Of a DNA stretch of 64,000 nucleotides, positions 48,186-58,385 are shown one piece after another. The position numbers and the translations under genes are program-made. This DNA comes from Spirochaetia bacterium (lineage in GTDB: Bacteria > Spirochaetota > Spirochaetia > SZUA-6 > Bin103): the NCBI GenBank assembly GCA_965203905.1, contig CBDBDQ010000005.1:3072001-3136000 (forward strand), in the 5' to 3' direction. Within the stretch, counting starts at the first letter, position 1. Each line of letters begins with the position of its first letter. A model generated the notes under the pieces. The model was not told where the DNA came from. It saw only the letters and a list, made by a program, of their open reading frames with translations, and did not search any database.

Positions 48186-49919
48186 ATGAACGATAAAGAA
48201 CTCCAGACCGTCGACGGCTTCGAGTCGGTTATCTCTTTCGCCGGAAGTGTCCGTATTTTAGATTACCGGGGCCGGACCAACGGCTGGATCACCGCTCTGT
48301 GGTGGAAGAGCGGACGTCAAGACAGGCTTGCCTGGCAAACGGCGCCTTGCCCCCAACAGCAGGACACCGTCTTCTGTTTTGTTGGGGTGAGCGCCAACCT
48401 CCCGTATGGGTACGTCTACGGCAATCGAGCCGAGCTGTTGGTAAACGGCGAGCATGCTCTGGACTTCCATCTCGGCATCAGACGCAACGCGGTTTGGAAT
48501 GAAGGAGACTTCGAGCTCGAGTTTATCCCGAAGAGCATCACTACGCCATTCGAGGGGTATCACCGTCACTGGGAGATGCGCGGCAACAGCGGGATATACC
48601 GGCTGTCGGTGCCGGCACGGCTCCTGGCGCCCGGCAAGGGGATCGAGATCGAGGTGACGCTTCGCTCGCAGGAGGTCGATTGCATCACCTGGTTCGGTAT
48701 CACCGACCGAAAGGGCGTGGGACCGCAGAGCGCCGAAACCCTGGCGGAGGAGCTGGCGACCCTCGAGGCGGATTACCTGAAGTTGAAGAACGTTACCAAC
48801 GCCCTGGCCAGAATGGTGTATCGGGATCACTTTCCTGACTCAAGCGGCGCCGAGCATTCGGTGATTTTGACGCATGAGAGACACTGCATCATGAAGGCGG
48901 ACGTGCTGAAGCTGAAGAACGGCGAGCTACTTCTGGCGTTCCGCGAAGGGCCGGAGCATACGGTCGGATTTGGCTCCACCGTCAACGGCAGGGTGTGTAC
49001 GATTCGCTCCTCTGATGGCGGCAAGGCCTGGGGAGAGCAACAGGTGATCTCAGAGCAGCACTACGAGGACCATCGGGACCCCTCGGTAATTCAGCTGAGA
49101 GACGGTACCCTGCTCATGCAGTACATCCACTCCGACCGGTACGATACAACGACCGGCGTGGTCCTCCCGGCGGACGAGACGAACTATCACATCCACGTTT
49201 TGCGTTCGTTCGATGGCGGACATAATTGGGAGAAGAAGCCGATCGAAATCGATCACGCACCGTTTGCCACCGCCATAGCGGAATGCAAGTGCCTGGAGCT
49301 GCCCAGCGGCAGAATTCTCATGCCGCTCGACAACGTGGCGCCGCAGGGAGCACCGAAAGCCGCCGCCGTCTTTGCTTCCGATGACAAGGGCGCCAGTTGG
49401 CGGTACCTATCGACTATCTGTGAAGTAGATGCAGAGACCGGCTATCCTCCGTGGCCGTGCGAGCCGTCGCTGGCACGCACGGGTTCAGGGCGCATTGTTG
49501 CCATGATCAGAACCCAACCGCCCCGCGGCGGCAATCTGTGGCAATCGATATCCGAGGACGAGGGGCTCACGTGGAGTGCGCCGCGAGAGATCCCACTCTT
49601 TGATGGGGGAAGAGGAGATCTGCTTCTCCTGAGTGACGGTAGGCTCCTCTGTTCTATCGGCTATCGGGGAGACTTCGGGTACGGCCACAAGCCGGGCCAA
49701 CGCAAGAGCTCGGCACTCGAGACCAACGGGATTCGCGTATCGATGAGCGATGACGAGGGTGAGAGCTGGGGGCCGGCGCGTGTTCTGAGAGACGATTTTC
49801 CCAACGACGATATGGGATATCCCTCTTCCGTAGAGCTCGATGACGGAAGAGTTCTCACGGTCTACTGGTACAACCTGTTTGGACGATATTTCATCGGAGG
49901 AACCATCTGGAACCTTTGA
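48186..49919 (+). CDS. BNR/Asp-box sialidase-family protein with an extra N-terminal domain
   Basis: Asp boxes SSDGGKAW, SFDGGHNW, SDDKGASW, SEDEGLTW, SDDEGESW; DMGYPS. Confidence 0.85.
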   Translation: MNDKELQTVDGFESVISFAGSVRILDYRGRTNGWITALWWKSGRQDRLAWQTAPCPQQQDTVFCFVGVSANLPYGYVYGNRAELLVNGEHALDFHLGIRRNAVWNEGDFELEFIPKSITTPFEGYHRHWEMRGNSGIYRLSVPARLLAPGKGIEIEVTLRSQEVDCITWFGITDRKGVGPQSAETLAEELATLEADYLKLKNVTNALARMVYRDHFPDSSGAEHSVILTHERHCIMKADVLKLKNGELLLAFREGPEHTVGFGSTVNGRVCTIRSSDGGKAWGEQQVISEQHYEDHRDPSVIQLRDGTLLMQYIHSDRYDTTTGVVLPADETNYHIHVLRSFDGGHNWEKKPIEIDHAPFATAIAECKCLELPSGRILMPLDNVAPQGAPKAAAVFASDDKGASWRYLSTICEVDAETGYPPWPCEPSLARTGSGRIVAMIRTQPPRGGNLWQSISEDEGLTWSAPREIPLFDGGRGDLLLLSDGRLLCSIGYRGDFGYGHKPGQRKSSALETNGIRVSMSDDEGESWGPARVLRDDFPNDDMGYPSSVELDDGRVLTVYWYNLFGRYFIGGTIWNL

Positions 49920-49947
49920 TCGGTCGAGCAAACGAACCGGGTCATGC

Positions 49948-51185
49948 TCAACCGGCCGCTTGCCGCCGGGTCCGCTCGCTCGCCATGCCAGCAAGCAGGA
50001 TCGCGATCGCTTGCTTGAACGCGGGCTCGGCATTCTCGTCCATTCGTGAGCGGCCGTGCGGCTCGAGCTCATAACCGCCTTCTTGAAAGGCAGACGGCGG
50101 CGGGAGATAGCCGAGATCATCATTTGTCAGTCCAACGATAATCGGCTTGGCATCGGACAGGCTCGATGTGATGTCGAGTGCGGTCTCGGCAAAGATCTCT
50201 CCAGCCACGCCGATAACGGCAAGATCCCCGATCTGAATCGCCTGCACCTCACCGGTCGATCCTCGCCACCGGCGCGCAGTTGGCGAGCCTCGGGCCGCAA
50301 CCGGAACGGCACGTTTGCCGAGCGTATGTCCAGGTGCCCGCCATCGTCGACCTCAGCGCGCTCACCGGTGGCGGCAAGCTGCGCCGCCAGAAGCCGGCCG
50401 AACCGCTGGAACGGATATTCGTTGCGCGCCCGCGAAAGAATGAGATGCGGGACAAAATCGAAGTCTACGTCCCCTCCGGCGCCGAAGCCGATCAGAGCTG
50501 TGCAGCCGGGATACAGCCTTTCGAGGGTCAGCATGGCATGGCCGAAGAAGTCTCCTGAAATACCGACGGCCGCATACATTCCACCGGTATCGTGGTGACA
50601 TCCAAGGCTCGAAAACAGCGCGATCGGCTTTCCGGTGAGTTTTTCTAGGCGCAGCACCGTGAGCTCGCGATCCACGGTGCCGGCCCGGTACTTCCCGGAA
50701 GTATAGGGTTTCCACGATGACGGCACAAAGCGGCGCAACGTAAGAACTCTGCCGTCCGCAAGCCGCTGCCGCCGATTCTGTACGATACCCTCGAGCGGTG
50801 TACGAGCCGTACCAAAGCGCGCGTCTTGGGTCCGAATGTGAGCGATTGCGACGGATTCTGCGATTTTGACGACGACGTCTGAGCGAAACTGCTCAGCAGC
50901 CTCACCCGGGAGGATTGTGTCCGGTCCCGCATGATTGTGAGTGCACGCGATCATGACATGAGCCGCCGGAATGCCGGTTTGCTCTGCAACCAGCCGTCGC
51001 GCTGCCGTCACGTGCCGACGACCGAGCCCCCTCATGTCACACACCACGATCGCCACCGTGATCTGCTCAGACCCGAGTACCAGGGCACGCACATGGAGCG
51101 GCTCGAGAAGAGGGATGTCTCCGGCGATATTGCGGGTCGGCGTTATGGCGAGCTTTGCCGCGCCTGCTTGCAGACGGCGCCGCCG
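49948..51185 (-). pseudogene. Neutral ceramidase-like hydrolase, frameshift near 50248, start missing
   Basis: LQAGAAKLAITP, ACTHNHAGP, ISGDFFG, GEIFAE, GYLP…EGGYE. Confidence 0.75.
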
Positions 51186-53415
51186 TGCCGGGATATTTTG
51201 ATACCAGCGAGCGAAGGAGCGGGATCCTTCACGCCCCGGTCGATGCGGTCGTTCGGGCGCAAGCGCTGGCCATCGCGTCGGTCAACGATCAGTGGGGCGT
51301 CTTCTCACGCTCCCGCGTGCGGCTGCTGCCGCATCAGTTGTGGGTCTGGCGGATGGTGAACCGGGAGTGGCCGTTCCGGTGGTTGGTCGCGGACGACGTG
51401 GGGGCTGGGAAAGACCATCGAGTGTGGCCTGGTGCTGATGCCTCTGATCGCATTGGGACGCGTACGCCGGTTGCTGATCCTGGGGCCCGCAAAGCTGGTT
51501 CCGCAGTGGCGGTTTCGCCTGAAGGACATGTTCGACATCCGGCTGCAGCGCTACGCAGCCGAGGTGGATACGCGGCGCGGTGACTTCTGGGACACGGCGT
51601 CGCAGGTCGTGGCATCCGTTCATACCCTGCGCAGCGATGAGCGTGGCGCGCGCCGGCGGCTCCTCGACGCCGAGCCGTGGGATCTGGTAGTCGTCGACGA
51701 GGCGCACCATCTGGGCCTCGACCAAAGGACCGGCCAGACGCTCGCCTACAGCTTGGTCGCCGACCTCCAGGAGCGAGGGAAGATCAACTCTCTGCTGTTC
51801 TTCACGGGCACGCCGCACCGCGGAAAGGACTTCGGGTTCTTCGGCCTGATGCATCTGGTGCGCCCCGACTTCTTCGACCCGGAAAACGGCGGCGCCGGAC
51901 AACTGGCGCGGCTGCCGCTGGCGATGATCAGAAACAACAAGGCAGCGGTCACTGACCTCCAGGGCAACCAGCTGTTCCAGCCGGTGACCGTTCACAATCG
52001 GGAATACGCGTACAGCGCGGAGGAATCCCGTTTCTACCGGACGCTCAGCGTGTTCATACTCGACGGACGGGCGTACGCGGCGACCCTCGACGGTCGTGCA
52101 CAGACGGCGCGCATGCTGGTGCTCATCACCTTGCAGAAGCTGGCAGCGAGCTCGATCGCCGCCATTCGTCAGGCGCTACGGAGACGGAGGGCGATGATGG
52201 CCGCGGTCGTGGGACGAGCGGACCGTGTGGCGTCAGTCGATATTCCAGACGAAGAACGGGCGACGCTCGACGAGGTTGCGGAAGCCGAGGAGGCGTTGCC
52301 CGGTTCCGCGGCCATCGTGCTGATGAAGGACGAAATACGGCGCCTCGACGAACTTATCGCCTTGAGCGACGAGGTCACGGTCGAGACTAAGATCGAACGC
52401 TTGGTGGCGCTGATCCGCGAAGAGTTGCCAACGAATGAGCCGGTCCTGCTGTTCACGGAGTACAAGACTACTCAGGCGCTTGTGGTGAACGCGCTTCACC
52501 GCCACTACGGCTTCGGAGCGGCGACATTCATCAATGGCGATGACCGGCTCGACGGCGTGGCAGCGGCGACCGGCGAGGTCAGAACCGTCCGTCAACCTCG
52601 CGAGCAGGCTGCCGACGCATTCAATGCCGGCCTCGTTCGATTTCTGGTGTCTAGGGAGGCCGGCGGCGAAGGTATCGACCTGCAGGAGCGTTGCGCCGTT
52701 CTGGTGCACGTGGACATGCCCTGGCACGGATCTGGGATCTGCTGAACGAGAAACTCGAACGGGTGCAGCAAGCATTTTCGGCTGTCATGGAACAACGGGA
52801 GGACATCTCACAGTTGGTGATCGGAATGGCCGGCTCTGCGCTCTTCAACGAGCTTTTCTCCGGCGCCCAGGGAATGGCAGGAGACCGCCTGACCGCCTGG
52901 TTCGACAGTGCCACGGCCACGCTGGGCGGACGCGACGTCGTGGACACCGTACGGGAACTGCTCGGCAGCGTATCGCGTTTCGACTTTCAACAGGTCGGAC
53001 GCGATCTTCCGCAGGTGGACGTTCCCGACCTCGAACGATTCTTCACGCTGGCGGTCGGCAGACACCGCCGGCGCATCTTCAAACATGATGATGGCCTGGA
53101 GATCAAGGCGCCGGAAGCGTGGAAGTCGAGCAGCTACGCCGTGCGCGACAAGTACGAAGGGCTCGTGTTCGACCGCGGCCTCCGCGGTACGAATGCCGCA
53201 TCGCGCGTGCTGGGTGTCGGCCACACGCTGTGCGACATCGCCCTCGACGAAGCCCGCAACCTGTCGGTGACGGTGGCGTCTCTCGAAGGGACCTCTGCCC
53301 CAGTTCTGGTTCTCTCCGTCGAAGACGAAGTGACCTGCACGGGCGCACTCGTGCAGCGACTGATCTTCGGTGTGACGGATGGAGCGGACGGACCGGTTCC
53401 GATGCGCGACTGGCC
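51185..53415 (+). pseudogene. SNF2-family (RapA/DrmD-like) helicase, truncated, frameshifted, motif VI deleted
   Basis: LLPHQ, ADDVG(L)GKT, VVDEAH, TGTPH, EAGGEGIDLQ, DMPW joined out of frame to ARIWDLL. Confidence 0.88.
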
Positions 53416-53468
53416 GACTGGCTCGTGGGTAGACAATGTGAATGCAAACGAATAATATAGAATGCAGC

Positions 53469-53711
53469 ATGTTCAAGACGGTAACGATTCGCCTTGATGA
53501 AGACACCTATCAACTGATCCGGCAGGCCGCCCGAGGCCAGATGCGAAGCATCTCCAACTTCATCGAGTACGCCACTCTCTCGTATCTCACGGAAGAAGCA
53601 TCTGTATCTGATGAGGAGATGGACGAGATCCTCGCGGACCCCGAACTGATCTCATCCCTGAAGCGCGCGCGCTCCGAGGTGAGCGGCCACAACTATCGGG
53701 TTGTCGAGTAA
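53469..53711 (+). CDS. RHH/CopG-type antitoxin
   Basis: MFKTVTIRLDE…RSISNFIE; overlaps relE. Confidence 0.8.
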   Translation: MFKTVTIRLDEDTYQLIRQAARGQMRSISNFIEYATLSYLTEEASVSDEEMDEILADPELISSLKRARSEVSGHNYRVVE

Positions 53712-53985
53712 CTACGCCGTCGCGGAGACCGAATCGTTCCGCAAGTCGCTGCGCAAGAACAAGACCCTTGCCCGGCTCTACCCGCGCATTCGGGACGGCG
53801 TGTATCCGTTGCTCCGACGCGAACCGCACTTCGGTCCCAACATCAAGCGATTGCAGGGCGAATTCAGCGACTTCTATCGATTTCGACTGGGCGCGTACCG
53901 ATTGTTCTATACGATCGACGAACGAGAGATGGTCGTCGTCGTTGCGGACCTGCGCAGTCGGCAAGCGTCGTATCGCACGCGTTAG
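53701..53985 (+). CDS. relE: RelE/ParE-family toxin
   Basis: PNIKRLQG…YRFRLGAYRLFYTID; appears intact. Confidence 0.85.
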   Translation: MSSNYAVAETESFRKSLRKNKTLARLYPRIRDGVYPLLRREPHFGPNIKRLQGEFSDFYRFRLGAYRLFYTIDEREMVVVVADLRSRQASYRTR

Positions 53986-54003
53986 TTGTCACGGCAGCGC
54001 GCC

Positions 54004-54306
54004 CTATTCGAAAATCGCGGCGAGGCGGGCAAGCACTTCGTCGATGATCTGCTCGGGAACGGTGTCGACGTGCCTCCCATTCCGGGCGGCGACATCGAGT
54101 GCGCGAGGCTGGTCGCAACGGATCACACCGGTGGTTCGGGTGCCAGCGCCCTGGAGAGAAACGGCAAAGCCACGCCTGCGGGCGAAGCTGCCGCCGGCGG
54201 TGATGGGAAGTACTACCGGCGTCCCGGTCAGCTTGTTGAACGGCGCGGGGGAGACGATCAGTACCGGCCGGGTGAGACTTACCAGCCAGATGTCGCCGCG
54301 CTCCAC
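54004..54306 (-). pseudogene. pemK: PemK toxin with an in-frame deletion of about 10 codons
   Basis: VERGDIWLVSL|TRPVLIVSP; canonical PemK has DPTAGHEQQG at the bar. Confidence 0.8.
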
Positions 54307-54563
54307 TACAGCAGTTCGTTGCCGACCGGCTTCGCATCGATCCAAGCGCGCTCCTCTGCCGACGGGGGACCGGTCTCCTCGCACTGCGCCAAAAGCTCAT
54401 CGAGTGAATACCGAGGACCTGTCCGAGGCTGAACGATCAGGCGGCCGTCCTGCACGTCGATGTCCACCTTGGCCCCTACCCCAAGCTTCAGGAGGTCAAG
54501 GAGGGCCGGGGGTACCGCCAGCATGATGGAACCGCCAACTCTGCGCAGATGTGTCGTATGCAT
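54306..54563 (-). CDS. pemI: PemI/MazE (AbrB-fold) antitoxin
   Basis: MHTTHLRRVGGSIMLAVPPALL…YSLDELLAQC. Confidence 0.9.
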   Translation of the reverse strand: MHTTHLRRVGGSIMLAVPPALLDLLKLGVGAKVDIDVQDGRLIVQPRTGPRYSLDELLAQCEETGPPSAEERAWIDAKPVGNELL

Positions 54564-54575
54564 AGGCGTTTCCAA

Positions 54576-54591
54576 TTATACACAAGTATAA
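54576..54591. promoter_or_regulatory. Palindromic operator overlapping the -10 of pemIK
   Basis: TTATAC-acaa-GTATAA; the minus strand reads gttatacttgtgTATAAT. Confidence 0.6.
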
Positions 54592-54664
54592 CATAACATA
54601 GGCTCAAGACCATCACCACGCGCAACACGCTGCTGTTCAAGCTGCCGAGCGGAAGTCTGACCGG

Positions 54665-55354
54665 CTAGACGCGGCGGAAGATCCAGGCCTCCCAGGCCAG
54701 GGTGTGGGCGGCGAAGATGCGGCGGAAGCCGGCGCCGGAGATGGCCGCGGCGGTGCGGTTCCAGTCGTGATAGAAGGGGTGGAAGGTGCTGCGCAGCAGC
54801 TTGAACACGGCGATGGCGATTCTCCATACGGCGGCGACCAGCCAATGCGGCCGCGGCACCACTACCGCGTACAGGCGCTGGGCTCGTTCCAGCGACACCT
54901 CCAACAGGCTGTCGATCTCCGGGTAGCAGCACAGCACCTTGTCCAGCACTACCAGCTCCGCGGGCGGCAGCTCCGCGGCCCGTTCCACGGCGTCGCCCAC
55001 CAGGAAGGTGGCACGCTGCTCCAGGCCCGCCCGCGCCGCGGCGGCCCGCGCTTCATCGATCATGCCGCCGGCCACGTCGATGCCGACCGCACGGCCGGCC
55101 CCGGCGGCGAGCACGTGGCGCTGCAACTCGCCGGTGCCGCAGCCGATCTCCAGCACCGAGGCACCGGCGACATCGGCCGCGGTCAGCCCTTCCAGCAGCC
55201 TGCGCTGCACCGCCTCCAGCCCGCGCCGGCGGTAGCGGCGCACCATGCGTGGTGCCTCGCGTGAGAAGAAGCGGGCGGTTCCGGGACAGGCGCCGCCGCG
55301 GCCACGCCGCTCCGGGCCGTTGCCACCGTCTCCGGCTGAGCAGCAGCAGGCCAT
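54665..55354 (-). CDS. Class I SAM-dependent methyltransferase
   Basis: VLEIGCGTG, LDKVLCCYP; N-terminus MACCC; TGATG overlap with the sulfatase. Confidence 0.85.
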   Translation of the reverse strand: MACCCSAGDGGNGPERRGRGGACPGTARFFSREAPRMVRRYRRRGLEAVQRRLLEGLTAADVAGASVLEIGCGTGELQRHVLAAGAGRAVGIDVAGGMIDEARAAAARAGLEQRATFLVGDAVERAAELPPAELVVLDKVLCCYPEIDSLLEVSLERAQRLYAVVVPRPHWLVAAVWRIAIAVFKLLRSTFHPFYHDWNRTAAAISGAGFRRIFAAHTLAWEAWIFRRV

Positions 55355-56766
55355 CAGTGAGCCGTGAAGGCGGGCGAGCCGTCTTCCCAGGTGCCACCCA
55401 CCGGGCGCAGCTGGCCGCCGCCGGCGACCGGCAGGTTGCGGCCGTCGTGCTGCGCCGTTGCCTGCTCGGCGAACCAGCTCTCCAGCAGGCCGCGCAGCTC
55501 GCGGATGCGGCGTTGCTGCGCCGGGTCGTGCACCCGATTGGCGCGCTCGTCGGGCTCGTTCACCAGGTCGTACAGCTCGTTGGGGCCTTCGGGGCGGCCG
55601 GGAACGGGGTAACGCTGCACGTACTTCCATTCGGCGGTGCGGATCATGCGGGTGGCACCGTACTCGTCGTAAATCACCACGCGGTCGCGCGCCGGAGCCG
55701 TGCCGCCCTCCAGCAGTGCGGCGAAGGAGCGGCCCGCCCGGCCGCGGCGCAGGGCCTCGGGGAGGTCGACGCCGGCGTAGGCCAGCAGCGTGGGCATGAA
55801 GTCGATCGCGCTGAGCATGTCGCCGACCACCCGCCCGGCCGGGACTCGTCCCGGCTGGCTGACCAGGAACGGCACCTTGACGGAGTTCTCGTACATGTTG
55901 AGGGGGAAGGTGCCTTTGCCCTTGCCCCAGAAGCCGTGGTGGCCGCAGCTGAAGCCATTGTCGCTGGTGAACACCACCAGCGTGCGCTGGCGGATGCCGT
56001 GATGCTCCAGGCGGTCGAGAATCCGGCCCACGTCGCGGTCCATGGCGGTGACCGCGGCGAAGTAGCCCTTGAGCATCTCGCGGTTGCCCAGGCAGCTCCG
56101 CGTCAGCGAACCCGCCCACGGGTGTGCCTCTTCCTGCGGGCAGGAGGCGAACGGGCAGTCGTCGTAGCTGTCGACGATCGCGGAGGGATGGCCGGTCCAC
56201 GGGCTGTGCGGGGCGGTGTAGTGCACGCCCAGGTAGAAGGGAGCCTCCCCGTCGGCATGGCGGTCGATGAAGCTGAGGGCATCGTCGGTGATCACGTTGG
56301 TGACGTAGCCGGGCGCATTGAACAACTCGCCGTTGCGGATCATGGGGGCGTCGTGGTAGGGGCCGCCGCCCTTCTCGTGCACGAACCAGTGGCTGAACCC
56401 GTGCTGCGGCAGCGCGCTGTTGCCCAGGTGCCACTTGCCGCTGATGCCGCAGCTCCATCCCGCCCGCGCCAGCAGGTCGGTGTAACCGGTCTGCCCTTGC
56501 AGGTAGCTGGCCGCGTCGTCGCCGTAGTTGCCGCCGCGGATCCAGTCGTGCACACCGTGGGCGGAGGGCATCAGGCCGGTGAGGAACGACGCCCGGCTCG
56601 GCGAACACACCGGCGAGGCGCAGAAGAAGTTGTCGAAGCGCATCCCGGTCGCCGCGATGCGGTCGATGTTGGGGGTACGCAGTTCGCGGTTGCCGTAGCA
56701 GCCGGCAGCCCACGGTCCCTGGTCGTCGGTGAGGATGAAGACGATGTTGGGGCGTTCCCGGTTCAT
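55354..56766 (-). CDS. Sulfatase
   Basis: RPNIVFILTDDQG, VCSPSRAS, GKWHLG, SDNG. Confidence 0.93.
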   Translation of the reverse strand: MNRERPNIVFILTDDQGPWAAGCYGNRELRTPNIDRIAATGMRFDNFFCASPVCSPSRASFLTGLMPSAHGVHDWIRGGNYGDDAASYLQGQTGYTDLLARAGWSCGISGKWHLGNSALPQHGFSHWFVHEKGGGPYHDAPMIRNGELFNAPGYVTNVITDDALSFIDRHADGEAPFYLGVHYTAPHSPWTGHPSAIVDSYDDCPFASCPQEEAHPWAGSLTRSCLGNREMLKGYFAAVTAMDRDVGRILDRLEHHGIRQRTLVVFTSDNGFSCGHHGFWGKGKGTFPLNMYENSVKVPFLVSQPGRVPAGRVVGDMLSAIDFMPTLLAYAGVDLPEALRRGRAGRSFAALLEGGTAPARDRVVIYDEYGATRMIRTAEWKYVQRYPVPGRPEGPNELYDLVNEPDERANRVHDPAQQRRIRELRGLLESWFAEQATAQHDGRNLPVAGGGQLRPVGGTWEDGSPAFTAH

Positions 56767-56773
56767 CCTTGCA

Positions 56774-57358
56774 CTATGTTTTGAAGACACCTCGGTGGGC
56801 GATTTCGGCCAGCGGCTTGCGGTTGCTGGGCTGCTCGCGCTGCTGCAGTTCGGGAGGCAGCGCATCGCGCGGACCGATCCTGCCGGCGGCGAAGCCGCAC
56901 ATCACCGTGTAGTACTCGGCGTCGACGCCGAGCTTGGCGTGCGCGGCGTCGCGGTCGATCCCCGCCATCGCGTGGGTGTAGATGCCCAGCAGCCGGGCCT
57001 GGAGGGTGAGCGCCATCCACGCCGCGCCGGTGTCGAACTGCGCGGTGCGCGGCTCGCGGCCGTCCGGGGTCCTGGTGTTGGCGAAGATGAAGCCGACGAG
57101 CGGTGCCTTCGACGCCCAGGCGCGGTTGCGCGGCATCAGCACGGAGTCGAACAGCGGCCGGTCGGGGCCGTCGGTCTCGTAGAGGAACAGCCACGGCTGG
57201 CCGTTGAACGAGGAGGGCGACCAGCGCGCCCCCTCGAACAGCGACGCGACTTCGGCTTCGCTCAGCGGCTCGGCGGCGAACGAGCGCGGCGACCAGCGGT
57301 TGACGAACAGCGGGTCGACCTGCGCCGAGGGGACCCGCGGATTGGCCGGCTGGCTCAT
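56774..57358 (-). CDS. Nitroreductase family protein
   Basis: NRWSPRSF, WSPSSFNGQPW, FDTGAAW. Confidence 0.92.
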   Translation of the reverse strand: MSQPANPRVPSAQVDPLFVNRWSPRSFAAEPLSEAEVASLFEGARWSPSSFNGQPWLFLYETDGPDRPLFDSVLMPRNRAWASKAPLVGFIFANTRTPDGREPRTAQFDTGAAWMALTLQARLLGIYTHAMAGIDRDAAHAKLGVDAEYYTVMCGFAAGRIGPRDALPPELQQREQPSNRKPLAEIAHRGVFKT

Positions 57359-58158
57359 CAGCCTGCGTTCTCCGGAGCCATCAGCCCGAAGCCGGCACCC
57401 TGCGGATCGCCTACGAACGCGATGCGTCCAACCGTGGCGATGTCGGTCGGCGGCATTTTGACGGAACCACCCGCGGCGCTGACGGCCGCTACCGTGGCGT
57501 CCACGTCGGCGACCTGGAAATAGACGCTCCAGTGCGACGGGATCTGCATCGCGCGCAGCTCGTCCGGCAGTGCCATGAGGCCGGCCGCCGGTTCGCCCGC
57601 GGCCATCAGGGCCGTGTACTCGACGCCGTGCTCCATCATCTGGCGCTGGCTGTTCAAACCAAGAAGCTCGGTGAAGAAGGCCGTGGCGGCATCGGGATCG
57701 GTAGTCATAAGCTCGCACCACGCCATGGCGCCGGGCTCCCACTTCACGCCCGCCCCGACGTGGTTGCGTGGCTGCCACAGGGCCACGGCGGCGCCGGTGG
57801 GGTCGCTGATCGCGGCCATGCGACCCGACTCGAACACGTCGAACGGCTCCGCCAGGAGGGTCCCGCCGAGCTCGCCGACGCGTCCGGCGGTGGCGTCGAC
57901 ATCCTCCACGGTCAGATGCACGTTCCAGTGCAGGGGAATGCCCATCTGTCGCTGCTCCTCCTGCTGGGTGTAGATCGCCGCGGCGTAGGAGCCGTCGAGG
58001 CTCGCCATGCTGTAGCGCTGCTGCCCCGCCTCGTCCATCGGCATGTCCTCGTAGCTCCAGCCGAACAGTGCGCCGTAAAATGCCTTGGCCGCCTCCTGGT
58101 CGGTAGTCTCCAGGTCAACCCAGCAGGGCGCGCCCGGAACATGTCGTTCAATCTTCAT
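57358..58158 (-). CDS. VOC/glyoxalase double-domain protein
   Basis: PCWVDL, FYGALFGW, GRMAAISDPTGA, WCELMT. Confidence 0.92.
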   Translation of the reverse strand: MKIERHVPGAPCWVDLETTDQEAAKAFYGALFGWSYEDMPMDEAGQQRYSMASLDGSYAAAIYTQQEEQRQMGIPLHWNVHLTVEDVDATAGRVGELGGTLLAEPFDVFESGRMAAISDPTGAAVALWQPRNHVGAGVKWEPGAMAWCELMTTDPDAATAFFTELLGLNSQRQMMEHGVEYTALMAAGEPAAGLMALPDELRAMQIPSHWSVYFQVADVDATVAAVSAAGGSVKMPPTDIATVGRIAFVGDPQGAGFGLMAPENAG

Positions 58159-58385
58159 CGTTATCCACCTTTAAGGGAGCCTGGAGAGGTTGGGGAGTGC
58201 CCTTCGACACCCGCCCGCGGCCGCTTCGGCCGGGGCTCCACTATCGCCGCAGGGTAACCGCGCCGACGCCGCGTGTCGATGGCATCGCCAAGCCAAGTGG
58301 GCGTCTCCTGCCGATAAAGCGGTTCAGCGCGGCTCCGAGCCGACCGTGCGTTTGGTGTGTAGAGCACGTTGGCTGTTGCTTCCGT

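Noticed and set aside
47700-48187. ORFs containing PQPGTPQPGTP on both strands
   Set aside because: Translation artefacts of the MITE terminal repeats.
51185-53415. Functional DISARM or BREX system
   Set aside because: Only a broken helicase; no methylase, DUF1998, PLD or pglZ genes present.
58305-58380. attC-like look downstream of the AbiEii pair (gccaac…gctgaaccgc…atcggc on the minus strand)
   Set aside because: No proper RYYYAAC/GTTRRRY pair, poor arm complementarity, no second copy and no integron integrase seen.
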